Of a stretch of DNA of 64,000 bases, positions 1-11,359 are shown piece after piece. The position numbers and the translations under genes were made by a program. Location: positions 86,492 to 150,491 of the forward strand of contig CAXTYC010000008.1 in the NCBI GenBank assembly GCA_964248365.1, read 5' to 3'. The notes under the pieces were generated by a model, which had not been told where the DNA came from, did not search any database, and saw nothing but the letters and a program-made list of their open reading frames with translations. Source of the DNA: an uncultured Chroococcidiopsis sp. GTDB lineage: Bacteria > Cyanobacteriota > Cyanobacteriia > Cyanobacteriales > Chroococcidiopsidaceae. Numbering within the stretch: the first letter of the stretch is position 1; each line of letters starts with the position of its first letter.

Positions 1-1002
1 TGTTTGATGGTATAATTGCCGCAAAACGTCTTGCCAGTTAGTGTCCCGTTTAAGTTCTATCACCACCCTGATGCCATCGCGATCGCTTTCATCGCGTAGA
101 TCGGCAATTCCTTCAATCTTGCCGTGATTGACTCCTTCGGCTACCTTTTCAATCCAGCCAGCCTTATTCACCTGGTAGGGTAATTCTGTCACTACAATCG
201 CTGTGCGACGCGATCGCCCTCGCCCAGATTGAATTTCCTCGATTTGGGTGATTCCTCTAATGGTAATACTGCCCCGACCTGTTGTATAAGCCTCTCTTAC
301 GCCTGCTAACCCTACAATTTCGCCTCCTGTGGGGAAGTCTGGTGCAGGGATCAACTCAAATAACTTCTCATCCGATAATTCTGGCTGTTCGATCAAAGCG
401 ATCAAACCATCAACCACCTCACCTAAATTATGGGGCGGAATATTAGTTGCCATACCAACAGCAATACCAGATGATCCATTGAGTAACAGCAACGGTAACT
501 GGGCTGGTAGTACGGTTGGTTCCTGTTGGGAATTGTCAAAATTACCGATAAATTCAACTGTTTCCTCGCCTATTTCCGCTAGCATTGCCTCATGGCTAAT
601 TGGAGCTAGCCGCGTTTCTGTGTAACGCATAGCTGCTGGTGGATCGTTGTCCACACTGCCAAAGTTGCCATGTCCCGCAAGTAAGGGATAGCGGCTAGAA
701 AATTCCTGTACCAACCGCACCAAGGCATCGTATACGGCTTGGTCGCCATGAGGATGGTATTTACCTAGCACGTCGCCCACTACCCGCGCACACTTACGAA
801 ATGGGCGATCGGGAGTTAGCCCCAACTCATGCATGGCATACAAAATGCGCCTATGCACAGGCTTTAATCCATCCCGCACATCTGGTAATGCACGACCGAC
901 AATTACACTCATGGCATATTCCAGATAAGACCGTTGCATTTCTGTATGCAGGGCTATGGGAATTACCTGTCCCTGTGAGAGAAGGTTTAACTGTTTTGCC
1001 AT
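1..1002 (-). CDS. gyrA: DNA gyrase/topoisomerase IV subunit A, N-terminal part (runs off the left edge)
   Basis: Manual minus-strand translation from ATG at 1002: [54 protein letters not shown]...[10 protein letters not shown]...PAAMRYTE. May be the parC-like second paralogue. Confidence 0.92.
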   Translation of the reverse strand, partial: MAKQLNLLSQGQVIPIALHTEMQRSYLEYAMSVIVGRALPDVRDGLKPVHRRILYAMHELGLTPDRPFRKCARVVGDVLGKYHPHGDQAVYDALVRLVQEFSSRYPLLAGHGNFGSVDNDPPAAMRYTETRLAPISHEAMLAEIGEETVEFIGNFDNSQQEPTVLPAQLPLLLLNGSSGIAVGMATNIPPHNLGEVVDGLIALIEQPELSDEKLFELIPAPDFPTGGEIVGLAGVREAYTTGRGSITIRGITQIEEIQSGRGRSRRTAIVVTELPYQVNKAGWIEKVAEGVNHGKIEGIADLRDESDRDGIRVVIELKRDTNWQDVLRQLYHQT

Positions 1003-1304
1003 GAATTCTGTTTCCTGATTGATAACAACAAAAAAGTTTGAGTTACTTTACAAAGCTTACCCAAGCACCACAAATGAATTGCTAACAAAACTCTATTTAT
1101 AGTAGCCGTTGGGTAATTTGCAGTATTATGCTTGATTAGCGATCGCGCTGTTGAAAATGTTTGAGTCACCAACTTGTTAAGCTCAAAGTAATTCTTGCAC
1201 CCATCGGGGTTTAAATTTCCATAATCTTATGAGTGTTGGGCGATCGCCAACCTCCCCCGATCGGCTATCAAATCTTAATATTAAATTTAGGGTGACAAAT
1301 TCTG

Positions 1305-1694
1305 ATGAAAACTGTATTGATTGTGGAAGACGATCCGATTAATGCCCGTGTTTTTTCCAAAATTTTGACCAAGCGAGGGGGTTTGGATGTAAAGCACACG
1401 GAAAATGTAGAAGAAGTGATGGATATTGCTACCTCTGGAAAAGCTGACATTATTTTGATGGATGTTTCTCTCTCTCGCAGTGTTTATCAAGGTAAAGCAG
1501 TTGACGGCATTAAAATTACCCAAATGCTCAAGGCAAACCCTCAAACTGCGCAGCTACCAATTATCCTCGTTACGGCACACGTAATGGAAGGCGATCGCGA
1601 AAACTTTCTCAAGCTCAGTGGCGCTGATGGCTACATCTCAAAGCCAGTTGTTGACCATCAACAGTTTGTCGAGCAAATTCTGGCAATGCTATAA
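1305..1694 (+). CDS. Single-domain response regulator (CheY/DivK-like)
   Basis: LIVEDD, ILMDV, VTAH and ISKP receiver motifs. Confidence 0.92.
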   Translation: MKTVLIVEDDPINARVFSKILTKRGGLDVKHTENVEEVMDIATSGKADIILMDVSLSRSVYQGKAVDGIKITQMLKANPQTAQLPIILVTAHVMEGDRENFLKLSGADGYISKPVVDHQQFVEQILAML

Positions 1695-1880
1695 AAAACT
1701 AGCAACACCTGCTCTAATAAACTTTTAACTTAAGAAAGCTGATTTGCAACCCTATGTTACCCAGCTTGAGGCTGTTCTCAACCCTCTGTGTAGGGGCAAG
1801 GCACTGCCTTGCCTCTACTGCCCTATATCTTAATACAGACGTACTATATTTATCACAATTTATGATGATCAGAGCCTAAT

Positions 1881-1912
1881 AAAAATACACCGCGAAGGGG
1901 CGATCGCGGTGT
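1881..1912 (-). terminator. Probable intrinsic terminator of hemL
   Basis: Minus strand ACACCGCG-loop-CGCGGTGT followed by ATTTTT. Confidence 0.55.
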
Positions 1913-2030
1913 CATACCGTCTCCGGTTAAATACTTATAAGAGCAGGGGGGCAGGGGGGCAGGGGAGAAATCCTCTCTAGCCACTGGTTCCACTGGTTCC
2001 TCTAGCCCCAAGCCTCTAGCCTCTAGCCCC

Positions 2031-3329
2031 TCACATACTCGACATCACATCCCGTGCTGCTGCCAAAGTCCGGTCAATATCTTCTTCTGTGTGAGCCAAA
2101 GAGGTAAACCCAGCCTCAAACTGAGATGGAGCTAGATAGATACCGCGCTCTAACATACCACGATGAAAACGGCTGAACTTGGCTAAATCAGACTTTTTGG
2201 CATCCTCATAGTTATGAACAGGTCCAGCGGTAAAGAAGAAGCCAAACATAGCGCTAATTTGACCGCCACAAGCTGCATGACCAGTTTCTTTGGCAATTTG
2301 CAGCATCCCGTCGGCTAATTTCTTGGTAATGCGATCAAGAGATTCATAAGTACCAGGCTTTTGCAGTAATTCCAAGGTTTTAATTCCAGCAGTCATGGCA
2401 AGGGGATTACCAGAAAGCGTACCCGCTTGATAGACTGGTCCTGCTGGGGCAACCATCGACATAATATCCTGACGACCGCCATAAGCTCCTACTGGCAGAC
2501 CACCACCGATAATCTTACCTAGTGTTGTCAAGTCAGGAGTGATGCTGAACCTTTCCTGAGCGCCACCATAGGCAATACGGAAACCAGTCATCACTTCGTC
2601 AAACACTAACAATGCCCCATGCTCTTGGGTAATTTCCCTCAAACCTTCCAAAAATCCAGCATCAGGGACAATGAAACCAGCATTTCCTACTACTGGTTCT
2701 AAAATTACTCCAGCAATTTGATCTGGGTTTTCCTCAAACAACGCTTTGACTGCTTCCAAGTCATTGTAAGGTGCACTCAGGGTGTTGCTAGTGGCAGATT
2801 TGGGAACACCAGGGGAGTCAGGTAAGCCCAAAGTGGCAACGCCAGAGCCAGCCTTAACCAAGAACATATCAGCATGACCGTGATAACAGCCTTCAAACTT
2901 GATGATTTTATCTCGTCCGGTAAAGGCGCGCATCAAGCGTAGTACTGCCATACAAGCTTCAGTACCAGAGTTAACAAATCTTACCATTTCAATACTGGGA
3001 ACGGCATCTATAACCATTTCTGCCAGTACGTTTTCCAAGGCACAGGGCGCACCAAAGCTAGTGCCTTTTTCTAGGGCTTCATGCAATGCACCAATCACGT
3101 CTGGATGAGCATGACCACAAATGGCAGGTCCCCAAGTGCCTACGTAGTCAATGTATTGGTTGCCATCTACATCCCAGATGTACGCGCCTTTGACTCGATC
3201 AAAAACGATCGGTTGTCCTCCCACAGATTTAAAAGCTCGGACTGGAGAACTGACTCCACCAGGCATTAGTTTCTGTGCTGCGGTGAAAATTTCTTCTGAT
3301 TTGGTGGTTTTAATCGTGGTATTAACCAA
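2031..3329 (-). CDS. hemL: Glutamate-1-semialdehyde 2,1-aminomutase
   Basis: [42 protein letters not shown]. Confidence 0.98.
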   Translation of the reverse strand: MVNTTIKTTKSEEIFTAAQKLMPGGVSSPVRAFKSVGGQPIVFDRVKGAYIWDVDGNQYIDYVGTWGPAICGHAHPDVIGALHEALEKGTSFGAPCALENVLAEMVIDAVPSIEMVRFVNSGTEACMAVLRLMRAFTGRDKIIKFEGCYHGHADMFLVKAGSGVATLGLPDSPGVPKSATSNTLSAPYNDLEAVKALFEENPDQIAGVILEPVVGNAGFIVPDAGFLEGLREITQEHGALLVFDEVMTGFRIAYGGAQERFSITPDLTTLGKIIGGGLPVGAYGGRQDIMSMVAPAGPVYQAGTLSGNPLAMTAGIKTLELLQKPGTYESLDRITKKLADGMLQIAKETGHAACGGQISAMFGFFFTAGPVHNYEDAKKSDLAKFSRFHRGMLERGIYLAPSQFEAGFTSLAHTEEDIDRTLAAARDVMSSM

Positions 3330-3436
3330 GGTTTTCTCCTAAGTTGGAAGTCTAAAGATCTATCTTTTGACTGTTGTGTACTGTGTTTAGAACTTCTATT
3401 TTCAAGGAATTAGTGCAGCATTGGAAAAATAAAATT

Positions 3437-3625
3437 ATGTTATATCAAACTAATCAAGATTTACCTTTAGAAATTCGCAATCGCCATGAGGAAGCAGCGC
3501 AGGATTTATACAGAGCTGCCTACAATTCGGCAATTCAGTGGTACGGGGAAGCAGCTAAGGCGCATAAAGTCGCTCTGAGTGCTGTAAAAATTCATTGTGC
3601 CAGAACAGGGGCTGTATTGGTTTAA
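3437..3625 (+). CDS. ChaB-family protein
   Basis: YQTNQDLP...AQDLYRAAYNSA...AHKVALSAVK matches the ChaB pattern; ATG at 3437. Confidence 0.75.
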   Translation: MLYQTNQDLPLEIRNRHEEAAQDLYRAAYNSAIQWYGEAAKAHKVALSAVKIHCARTGAVLV

Positions 3626-3736
3626 GCTAAAACATTTTGGTTAGGCGATCGCCCCTGTTAAGACGAGAAAAAACCAGCTGACACATTCTCAATGGTATCT
3701 TGAATTGATAGGTTATTGCCATTCGTGTCAGCTGGT

Positions 3737-4390
3737 ATGTCATCTACTTTTGAATTGAACTCATTCCACCAAGCTATTCCTATAGCACAAATTCGCTACG
3801 ATGAGCGGGGATTAGTGCCTGCAATTGTGCAAGATTATTTGGATGGCACGGTTCTGATGTTAGCGTGGATGAATCAAGAGTCGCTGCAAAAGACTTTGGA
3901 GACAGGGGAAACCTGGTTTTGGAGCCGTTCTCGCGCGCAGTTGTGGCACAAAGGAGCCACTTCAGGACATATTCAAAAAGTGCAAAGTATCCGCTATGAC
4001 TGCGATAGTGATGCCCTCCTGGTGGGAGTGGAACAGGTGGGTGATATTGCCTGTCACACTGGTGAGCCTAGTTGTTTTCATCAGGTAGATGGCTCAGTTG
4101 TACCGCCCCCAGCAGATACATTGAGTCAATTATTTGAGACTGTGCGCGATCGCCGCGACAATCCAACTCAAGGCTCTTATACGTGCCAGCTATTGGCTGG
4201 GGGAGACAACAAGATTTTGAAAAAACTGGGCGAGGAAACCGCCGAGGTAGTCATGGCTTGTAAAGATGATGAACCAGAGGCGATCGCATCTGAAGTTGCT
4301 GATTTGCTATATCACACTTTGGTAGCATTAGCTCACCATCGAGTTGATTTGAAAGATGTATATCGGAAGTTGCAAGAACGTCGTAAATAG
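3737..4390 (+). CDS. hisIE: Bifunctional phosphoribosyl-AMP cyclohydrolase / phosphoribosyl-ATP diphosphatase
   Basis: [38 protein letters not shown]. Confidence 0.96.
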   Translation: MSSTFELNSFHQAIPIAQIRYDERGLVPAIVQDYLDGTVLMLAWMNQESLQKTLETGETWFWSRSRAQLWHKGATSGHIQKVQSIRYDCDSDALLVGVEQVGDIACHTGEPSCFHQVDGSVVPPPADTLSQLFETVRDRRDNPTQGSYTCQLLAGGDNKILKKLGEETAEVVMACKDDEPEAIASEVADLLYHTLVALAHHRVDLKDVYRKLQERRK

Positions 4391-4394
4391 TGGC

Positions 4395-4620
4395 GAGTTG
4401 TAATTGGTAGTTGGTAGTTGGTAGTTGGTAAAAGGGGAAAAGGAGTCAGGACTCAGGACTCTGGAGTCAGAAGACAGAAGACAGGAGACAGAATATTTAA
4501 TCTTCATTTCCCACTCCCCCACTCTCCCCCTCTCCCCCTTGCCCCCTAATCCCCACAACGCGAGTGAAGAGCGAGTTCCCCCTCTCCCCCTCTCCCTACT
4601 CCCTACTCCCTACTCCCTAG
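4395..4620. repeat. Cluster of short tandem heptamer repeats (GGTAGTT, CAGGAGT/CAGAAGA, CTCCCTA, CTCCCC)
   Basis: Tandem units visible directly; the same units recur at about 1940-2030, 24155-24250, 24965-24995, 47280-47385 and 58630-58840. Confidence 0.8.
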
Positions 4621-5864
4621 ACTTGTAGCATTCGATGTAAATATTGCAAAATCGCAATCGTTACAACTACACTGCAAGCTAAGCCTAGCCAAAAACTGTC
4701 TGCTACTAGAGGCGACTGATCTAACGCCCAACCTCCCAAAGGTGGACCAATGAAATATCCAACCGCCCAGCATAGGGAACTCAGGGAAAAATAAATCCCA
4801 CGTTGAGATTCGGGTGCTAAGTCTGTAACTAGGGAGGAAGCAGAGGGTGTGTAGGAGACGATCGCAATTGCAAATAATCCTAAACTCAAAACCGCACAAA
4901 CTACCTGACCTGATGAAATAATGCCTGTAACCCAAATACAGATGAAGCCTAATGCCCATACCAAAGCAGACACGGTTAGAGCTTGGGCATGAGTAAAGCG
5001 TCTTAAAATACGGGCAACGGGTAGCTGACAGAGGATAGCTAGGGCAAGATGCCAAGCGAATAGCGCACTAATATTTGATTCGGTAAATCCTTTCCCATTT
5101 CCTACTGGCACAAAGTTTTTGAGGTAGAGGGGTAGGGTGCTTTGCAGTTGAGAAACATAGGTAGTGAAGATGATATTAACTACCAGGTAGACGAGAAAAC
5201 GGCGATCGCTCAGTGCTGTTGCCCAACGTTGTGGTAGAAAGCTTGATTTATTCGCTAACGGTCGATAAGTTTCTTTGATAGCAAAGTAAACCACCGCCAA
5301 GAATACCACAAAAGAAATTGCATCAATTACAAATAGCGCTCGATAAGCTCCGGTTGTGCCAATCAAAGCCCCGCCTAAAACAATTCCCATCCCCATCCCA
5401 AGATTATCTGCTAGTCGGGTGATTGCGTAAGCCTCCCCGCGTTGCTCAGGTGGAGTCAAATCTGCTACTAATGCCTCATTTGGAGGCCAGTATAAACCTT
5501 GCCCTAATCCCATTAACAAGTTACCAATAACTAGGGTAGGAAAATTGATCGTTGTAGCTAAAACCAGAGAAGCGATCGCGGCAATAGCAGATGAAAGTAA
5601 CAGCGTCCGTCGCCGCCCCCACTGGGGAGAATCAGAAAACGAACCGCCTAAAATTCTCCCCAACACCCCAGAAATCGAAGCACTGCCTAAAGCTAAACCT
5701 ACGGCTGTGGAAGAAAAACCTAACTGATTAACAAAAAAGATGGGAGCGTAAAACAGAGTAAATCCAGTGCCTACTTCCGTGAGTAATCGACCGATCACCA
5801 GAATCCATACTTGGGGGTTCAGCTGAGGCAACCGGAATCTTTGTCTAGATTTGCTGAAATTCAT
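4617..5864 (-). CDS. MFS transporter
   Basis: About 12 hydrophobic segments; GSFSD..WGRRR motif A. Confidence 0.9.
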   Translation of the reverse strand: MNFSKSRQRFRLPQLNPQVWILVIGRLLTEVGTGFTLFYAPIFFVNQLGFSSTAVGLALGSASISGVLGRILGGSFSDSPQWGRRRTLLLSSAIAAIASLVLATTINFPTLVIGNLLMGLGQGLYWPPNEALVADLTPPEQRGEAYAITRLADNLGMGMGIVLGGALIGTTGAYRALFVIDAISFVVFLAVVYFAIKETYRPLANKSSFLPQRWATALSDRRFLVYLVVNIIFTTYVSQLQSTLPLYLKNFVPVGNGKGFTESNISALFAWHLALAILCQLPVARILRRFTHAQALTVSALVWALGFICIWVTGIISSGQVVCAVLSLGLFAIAIVSYTPSASSLVTDLAPESQRGIYFSLSSLCWAVGYFIGPPLGGWALDQSPLVADSFWLGLACSVVVTIAILQYLHRMLQV

Positions 5865-5985
5865 TCAATCTTTAAGTATAAAGGCTATTTTAACGTAATT
5901 AAAGTAACCCCTTCGGGAAATATAAGTACAGATTGATAGTTGCGCGAGTTATAGAAACTACTAAATCTTATTTTCTATTACCTAT

Positions 5986-6378
5986 ATGAATATATCCCTC
6001 TTAATACTAGGAGTAGTCATCCTCCTAAGTACTCTCCTATTCGGGCTAATCTTTATTTACTTGGGTAATGCTAATCAAGGAGTAAATAGGGCGCGAGGAA
6101 AGCAAAAGAAAAGATCCCCCTTAAAGACTAAGCGCCTTGATAACAGGAGTTCAAATAGGGTAAAGTTTAAACCGAGTTATGTTAACGACAACAGTGAAAT
6201 AAGGATAGAGCAGGTTAGCCGACCGTTGCAAAACAAACTCCTGCTGCTTTTGAATGGCGATCGCAACACAGCCAACAGACTGCTTAATTTAGCAAAAACC
6301 CGCAATCCCCAAAAGTCAGTTCAATGGTGTGCCGAGAAAGTAATTTTTGACTTGCAGCGCGATCGCGGTAGGTATTAA
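5986..6378 (+). CDS. Membrane-anchored hypothetical protein with a C-terminal 'GDR..A.RL...NP.KS..W..EKVI.DL.RDR' domain
   Basis: N-terminal TM helix; C-terminus similar to that of the next gene. Confidence 0.75.
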   Translation: MNISLLILGVVILLSTLLFGLIFIYLGNANQGVNRARGKQKKRSPLKTKRLDNRSSNRVKFKPSYVNDNSEIRIEQVSRPLQNKLLLLLNGDRNTANRLLNLAKTRNPQKSVQWCAEKVIFDLQRDRGRY

Positions 6379-6502
6379 TACTATAGATTTTAGATTTTAG
6401 ATTGGGAAAGCTACATCACTAGCAAGTTAGAAAAATCCAAATGTTGGGATAGAAATATCTAACTAAGTATTTTTTAGTAAAAACGATGTTAAATACATTA
6501 CT

Positions 6503-6609
6503 TATACCGTTTCTCCATAAACTTGCACTTTTTACGATCTCCCAAACCCCCTTTATAAGGGGGCTAGGGGGATCGCTCTTTGTGTCATCATCTAGGAAAA
6601 TTGGTATTA
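6503..6609. repeat. MITE-like dispersed element with internal CCCCCTTTATAAGGGGG hairpin
   Basis: Imperfect terminal inverted repeats TATACCGTTTCTCC / GGAAAATTGGTATTA. Confidence 0.5.
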
Positions 6610-6670
6610 CTTGGGAAATATAAATAGTAGGAATTATTGAAAAAATTATCGCTCGTCACACAAGTAAATT

Positions 6671-7417
6671 ATGAATGCAACAGAAACAGCTAAAAATACT
6701 GAGTATTTTTTAAGCCAAGGATTGAATAAGGCTATAGAAGGAGACTTTAAGGGAGCGATCGCCCACTTCGATCAAGCAGTACAGGTTAATCCTCACAACG
6801 CTGATGCTTACCACAACCGAGGGCTTGCTCGCTTTAAAATTGGAGAAACTCACAAAGCTATAGAAGACTTCACTCAAGCACTGCGACTCAATCCCAATTA
6901 TACGGAAGCTTATGTAGGTCGAGGTAACGCTTATCGTCAATTACAAGATTACCTGGGAGCCATCATCGATTATACTTATCTAGTGCGGCTTAATTCAAAA
7001 GACGCTAAAGCTTACTACAATCGTGGGTTTGTCTACTCACGAGTGGGAGAAAAGCAAAAAGCCATAGAGGACTATCAAACAGCTGTCAAACTCTTTTATG
7101 AACGAGGGGATGATGTCAACAGTAGACGTGCTTGGGAAAATCTCAAACAGCTTCAGCTATTAATTCCTATTAAAAGTCAAGAAAATACTACATCTACTCA
7201 TTTTAGTTCAAAGCATAGCTGTAAAAGTCAAAAAAGTAAACACGGATTTGACTGTGCTAGCCAAAATCTTCTATTTAAACTGATAGGAATATTGCAAGGC
7301 GATCGCGAAGGGGCTATGCGATTGATTTCTCAAGCCAAAATGAAAAATCCTGACAAGTCAGTTGATTGGTGTGTTGAGAAAGTAATTTATGATTTGGAGC
7401 GCGATCGCAGCAGGTAA
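6671..7417 (+). CDS. TPR protein with the same C-terminal domain as 5986..6378
   Basis: TPR repeats (AYHNRG, AYVGRG, AYYNRG); C-terminus GDREGAMRLI..NPDKSVDWCVEKVIYDLERDR. Confidence 0.85.
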   Translation: MNATETAKNTEYFLSQGLNKAIEGDFKGAIAHFDQAVQVNPHNADAYHNRGLARFKIGETHKAIEDFTQALRLNPNYTEAYVGRGNAYRQLQDYLGAIIDYTYLVRLNSKDAKAYYNRGFVYSRVGEKQKAIEDYQTAVKLFYERGDDVNSRRAWENLKQLQLLIPIKSQENTTSTHFSSKHSCKSQKSKHGFDCASQNLLFKLIGILQGDREGAMRLISQAKMKNPDKSVDWCVEKVIYDLERDRSR

Positions 7418-7431
7418 ACGTCAGTTTGGCA

Positions 7432-8277
7432 TTAGCTTGCTTGACTATTCAACCAATCTGTTAAATCTGTTGCACCAGAAAAATCTAACAGTGCTTCCGC
7501 TAAATCTTCTAGCTGAGCGATAGATAACTGGCGCAGACGCTCTTGTACTTCAGGGTCAACACTACCAATACGACGGGTAAGCAAGCGTAGAACCACTGCT
7601 AACTCTCCTTCCTGCTTGCCTTGTTGTAACCCCTGTTGTAACCCCTTTTGAAGAATATCTTGATAAATTACAGATTCACGCATAATTTCCTCTCTAAAAA
7701 GTTGTCGAATCAAATTCTTCTCAAACCGCAAACCTGCTAGCATCTGTACACACGCCGATACATTCTGCTGCTGATTGGTTGATTCAATATTAGCTACTTG
7801 TGTTGCTACTGGCTCTAATAAACCTCTAGGTGAACCTGTCTGTGCTAAAGGAGCTAACGGTAGTAGAGCAGAATCTGCTAGAAGTGGCTCTGGCTCTTGT
7901 TCCCACATCCGAATAACTCGATATCGATGCCGAGTATTAACCGCTACAAATTGCTCAACAAATGCAGACTCTGAGGTTGTGTACTTTAAAAAAATAACTA
8001 CTTGCTCAACCGGACAGCGATACTGCCGATGCAGCCTTACCCAATAATCTAGCATCCTTAAAGGCATAGGCGGATCTGTTGGGGGCAGTGTTTGAAACTC
8101 TAGGTGTAAGATTTGGTTGGAGGTTTGCAATAAAGTGACAGAATCAGCACGTATTGGTTCTACGCTAAGCTCTGTCTTGAGTACTTGAATTTCCCCAGAC
8201 TCGGCTGAAAATAGCCAGCGGACAAAATTGCTGGGATATCGTTCAGCTAGGTATTTGCAAATGTTGTCGTAAGTCAA
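7432..8277 (-). CDS. Rpn-family recombination-promoting nuclease / DUF4351 protein
   Basis: YDNICKYLAE, IRADS, LHLEFQT, RMLDY, GLQQG repeats, QLEDLAEALLDF. Confidence 0.88.
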   Translation of the reverse strand: MTYDNICKYLAERYPSNFVRWLFSAESGEIQVLKTELSVEPIRADSVTLLQTSNQILHLEFQTLPPTDPPMPLRMLDYWVRLHRQYRCPVEQVVIFLKYTTSESAFVEQFVAVNTRHRYRVIRMWEQEPEPLLADSALLPLAPLAQTGSPRGLLEPVATQVANIESTNQQQNVSACVQMLAGLRFEKNLIRQLFREEIMRESVIYQDILQKGLQQGLQQGKQEGELAVVLRLLTRRIGSVDPEVQERLRQLSIAQLEDLAEALLDFSGATDLTDWLNSQAS

Positions 8278-8322
8278 TTGATATTGTTGTCTGTTTTCCT
8301 GTCAAATTATTAACTAAAAGTC

Positions 8323-9072
8323 GTGACACCATTTCTCTTCGTAACCGATCTCGATAATACCCTCGTGGGTGATGACCAAGCCTTGGTAGAACTAAATCAA
8401 AGATTAAGTCAGCATCGCCAAGAATATGGGACTAAAATTGTTTATGCGACTGGGCGATCGCTCGCTCTTTATCGAGAACTGCAAGCACAAAAGCAGTTGT
8501 TGCAACCTGATGCTTTGGTTGCAGCAGTAGGTACAGAAATTTACCTCAATGGTAGTGAAAATCCTGATCCTGCATGGTCAGAAAAGCTCACTCAAGGATG
8601 GAACCGAGACTTGATTGTAGCTACAACCGCTCATTTTGCCGATCTCGTTCCCCAACCCGAAACAGAACAGCGTCCTTTCAAAGTAAGTTTTTTCTTGACA
8701 GAGGCGATCGCACAGGAAGTTCTGCCAGAACTAGAGTTGAGGTTGCAAAAACAGGGTTTAGATGTCAAGCTGATCTACAGTACAGGTCAAGATCTGGATA
8801 TTTTACCCCGCCATAGCGATAAAGGTTTAGCAGTGGAATTTCTACGCCAACAGTGGGGAATTGCACCAGAGCAAACAGTTGTGTGTGGTGACTCTGGTAA
8901 TGATATTGCATTGTTTGCCTCTGGCTCGTCGCGGGGTATTATTGTCGGCAATGCTAGTTCTGAGCTACTCCAATGGCATAATGCTAATCAGGTAGATTAC
9001 CATTACCTGGCTGGGGCGGATTGTGCTGGTGGTATTCTAGAAGGCTTGAAACATTTCGGTTTTTTAGGATGA
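8323..9072 (+). CDS. spp: Sucrose-phosphate phosphatase
   Basis: HAD motifs [22 protein letters not shown]. Confidence 0.92.
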   Translation: MTPFLFVTDLDNTLVGDDQALVELNQRLSQHRQEYGTKIVYATGRSLALYRELQAQKQLLQPDALVAAVGTEIYLNGSENPDPAWSEKLTQGWNRDLIVATTAHFADLVPQPETEQRPFKVSFFLTEAIAQEVLPELELRLQKQGLDVKLIYSTGQDLDILPRHSDKGLAVEFLRQQWGIAPEQTVVCGDSGNDIALFASGSSRGIIVGNASSELLQWHNANQVDYHYLAGADCAGGILEGLKHFGFLG

Positions 9073-9695
9073 TTAGCTTTCTTAAAGGCACAGTCGCCAC
9101 TATTCAAAAAAGCAGCAATCGCGTCATTCTTACCCTAGAAGTTAATTCCTGCGGCTTAGAAATGCAAATTTCTGGTCGTCTAGCGGCTGGGTTATCAGCA
9201 GGTGAACAAGTGCAGGTTTTCACTCATTTGCAAATTCGGGAAGAAGTGCCACAATTGTATGGATTTGGAACGCTGGCTGAGCGAGATTTATTTCGCCAGT
9301 TAATCAGTGTGAGTGGAATTGGTGCAGCAGGTGCGATCGCTCTATTGGATACTCTGGAATTACCAGAACTTGTGCAGGCGATCGTCAGCGGTAATACTCA
9401 ACTGCTAGTACAAGCTCCTGGTGTGGGTGGTAAGACAGCCGAGCGCATCTGTCTGGAACTGAAAAATAAGTTGGTTTCTTGGAGCCACACCTTCGGATTA
9501 GCCGCAGCTACTGCATCTGTAGCGCTTCCACCGTCCATATTAGAAGAAGTGCAAATGGCATTACTGGCGGTAGGGTATACACCGAATGAAATCGCTCAAG
9601 CACTTACTAGCATTAGTCAAAACGCTCTGGTTGGCAAAAACGCTGCTTCAGAAGATTGGATTAGACAAGCGATCGCCTGGCTTAGCAGTCAATAA
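9069..9695 (+). CDS. ruvA: Holliday junction branch migration protein RuvA
   Basis: [37 protein letters not shown] overlaps the spp stop. Confidence 0.95.
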   Translation: MISFLKGTVATIQKSSNRVILTLEVNSCGLEMQISGRLAAGLSAGEQVQVFTHLQIREEVPQLYGFGTLAERDLFRQLISVSGIGAAGAIALLDTLELPELVQAIVSGNTQLLVQAPGVGGKTAERICLELKNKLVSWSHTFGLAAATASVALPPSILEEVQMALLAVGYTPNEIAQALTSISQNALVGKNAASEDWIRQAIAWLSSQ

Positions 9696-10713
9696 TTTCT
9701 CCCCCTACTACATCAACAGGTACTCCTTCCTGGCTTGAGAGTATCTGATCTGGTTCCTTACTTGAACCATATAAGTGGGCAAATCTTCTCATTAGCCACA
9801 TTGTTTCATGATTGTTCGTTTTACTTAAATTGACTATACGGTCTATATTTCTTTGGGCTAGTTTACGTAAATAAGGCAAATCTTCAAATAGTGTCAAACT
9901 AGAGGCGAAATGCAAGATTAATTTCAGTAACGGCTTGGGCCACTTCAGATTACTGTAAATATCTATAAATAACTTATGTTCATTGTTATTTATAGGAAAG
10001 GCATTGAATAATACAGTTATATGTTTGTTGTTATAAACCGGAATAACTAATTCAACAGTATAGGGAGTATGCAATATTAATTGCACTTCAACCGTTGGTT
10101 TCCTCCAAATTCTAAGAGGATTGATCGGCGAATCTAAAACTGTTTGAAACTTAATTATCCCACCGCTTGTTGTAGGCTGAAAATTGCTGACTTTGATTAC
10201 TCTTAGATTGTTGAGACTAAAAGCGTGAATTGTTTCTAAATGTTTTAAGTTCAAGAGATGATAGATTTGGCAGAGATAGGGAAAAGGCAAAATATATTCC
10301 TGCCTAATCATATGTTGCTCTTGCAACTGAAGCATTCTATTTGCAACTATTCCTTTATATACTTCAAGCTGGTAAGGTTCTACATCGAATTGGTAGCTTG
10401 TTGTACCTTCGTCTGCACTATTCAAGCTCAGTTCTGGCTTTAAATAAATCCAACTCAAAAAGAAGAAACTCGCCGTAAATAGTTGTACAAGTTCTAGGGT
10501 AGATAAATAGCCATCAGCAAATGAAGCAAGTGTTCTATCGGTAATTCCAAACAACCAAGATGGAAGCCCAAAGAACCAAATACCATTTCTTAAATTGTAT
10601 ACAAACAGAGAAATTTCTCTAGTTTGTTCGTTTTTTATGACTTCACAGTCATTAATTGCAAATATATCGTTAGACATAGAAATTAGTAATTGTTCGCTTA
10701 CTTGTACTTGCAC
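9682..10713 (-). CDS. Hypothetical membrane-associated protein
   Basis: 343-aa ORF with two N-terminal hydrophobic segments; no family recognised. Confidence 0.7.
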   Translation of the reverse strand: MQVQVSEQLLISMSNDIFAINDCEVIKNEQTREISLFVYNLRNGIWFFGLPSWLFGITDRTLASFADGYLSTLELVQLFTASFFFLSWIYLKPELSLNSADEGTTSYQFDVEPYQLEVYKGIVANRMLQLQEQHMIRQEYILPFPYLCQIYHLLNLKHLETIHAFSLNNLRVIKVSNFQPTTSGGIIKFQTVLDSPINPLRIWRKPTVEVQLILHTPYTVELVIPVYNNKHITVLFNAFPINNNEHKLFIDIYSNLKWPKPLLKLILHFASSLTLFEDLPYLRKLAQRNIDRIVNLSKTNNHETMWLMRRFAHLYGSSKEPDQILSSQEGVPVDVVGGEIIDC

Positions 10714-11359
10714 AAGTCATCATCCAAGTTACCAAACGTTAAATCTGATTGACTTAGAAGTTTATTTGTGCATAAAGCTAAGGTAACAATTATAACTTTT
10801 CTTGCCTTCTACCACAAGTAGGGGCTGACCTTCTATCCAAATGATGAGGTACTGGCTCTAGGTAAAGCTCAATGTATTTTTATATACAAATAGACAAGTT
10901 TATTCAAACACTCTGGCACTTACTCACTAGCATTTGGGTTTACATTTCGTCTAATTCGAGAAAGCGATACCTACGGCTGCTGATTTGTGTGCAGTAAAAA
11001 ATCAGTCTTAAGACATATTTTTTAAGAAAGGCATTGTGCAATATTTTGACGTATGCCACCCATGCCCACCTTACTTTTTGATCGAGTAGGGTGCGTTAAT
11101 AACGCACCCTAATATTTGATTATTTAAAATTATCTTTTTGATTACTCTATAAATTAATTACCAGGCTGAGTCTGGTAACGAAAGCTGCTCTTTTAATTAC
11201 CTAAATATCAGATATTCAACCGAAAAATTTAGAGATTTCACAACCTGTACAACACTAGGAATAGTATTTTGTGTAAAATTACACCCCAAGATTGATTTTC
11301 AAAAAGAAGTAGATAACCGGACAATACAGATATACGCATTTTCTACTTAACTAACTTAT

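Noticed and set aside
329..1172. Short ORFs 329..625, 801..1004 and 987..1172
   Set aside because: Antisense or overlapping shadows of the gyrA-like gene, which the track missed because it runs off the window edge.
4328..4628. ORFs 4328..4558 and 4425..4628
   Set aside because: Translations of heptamer tandem repeats with no protein-like features.
7432..8277. Rpn/DUF4351 gene as an IS element
   Set aside because: No terminal inverted repeats or target duplication seen; this is a common multi-copy family in cyanobacteria.
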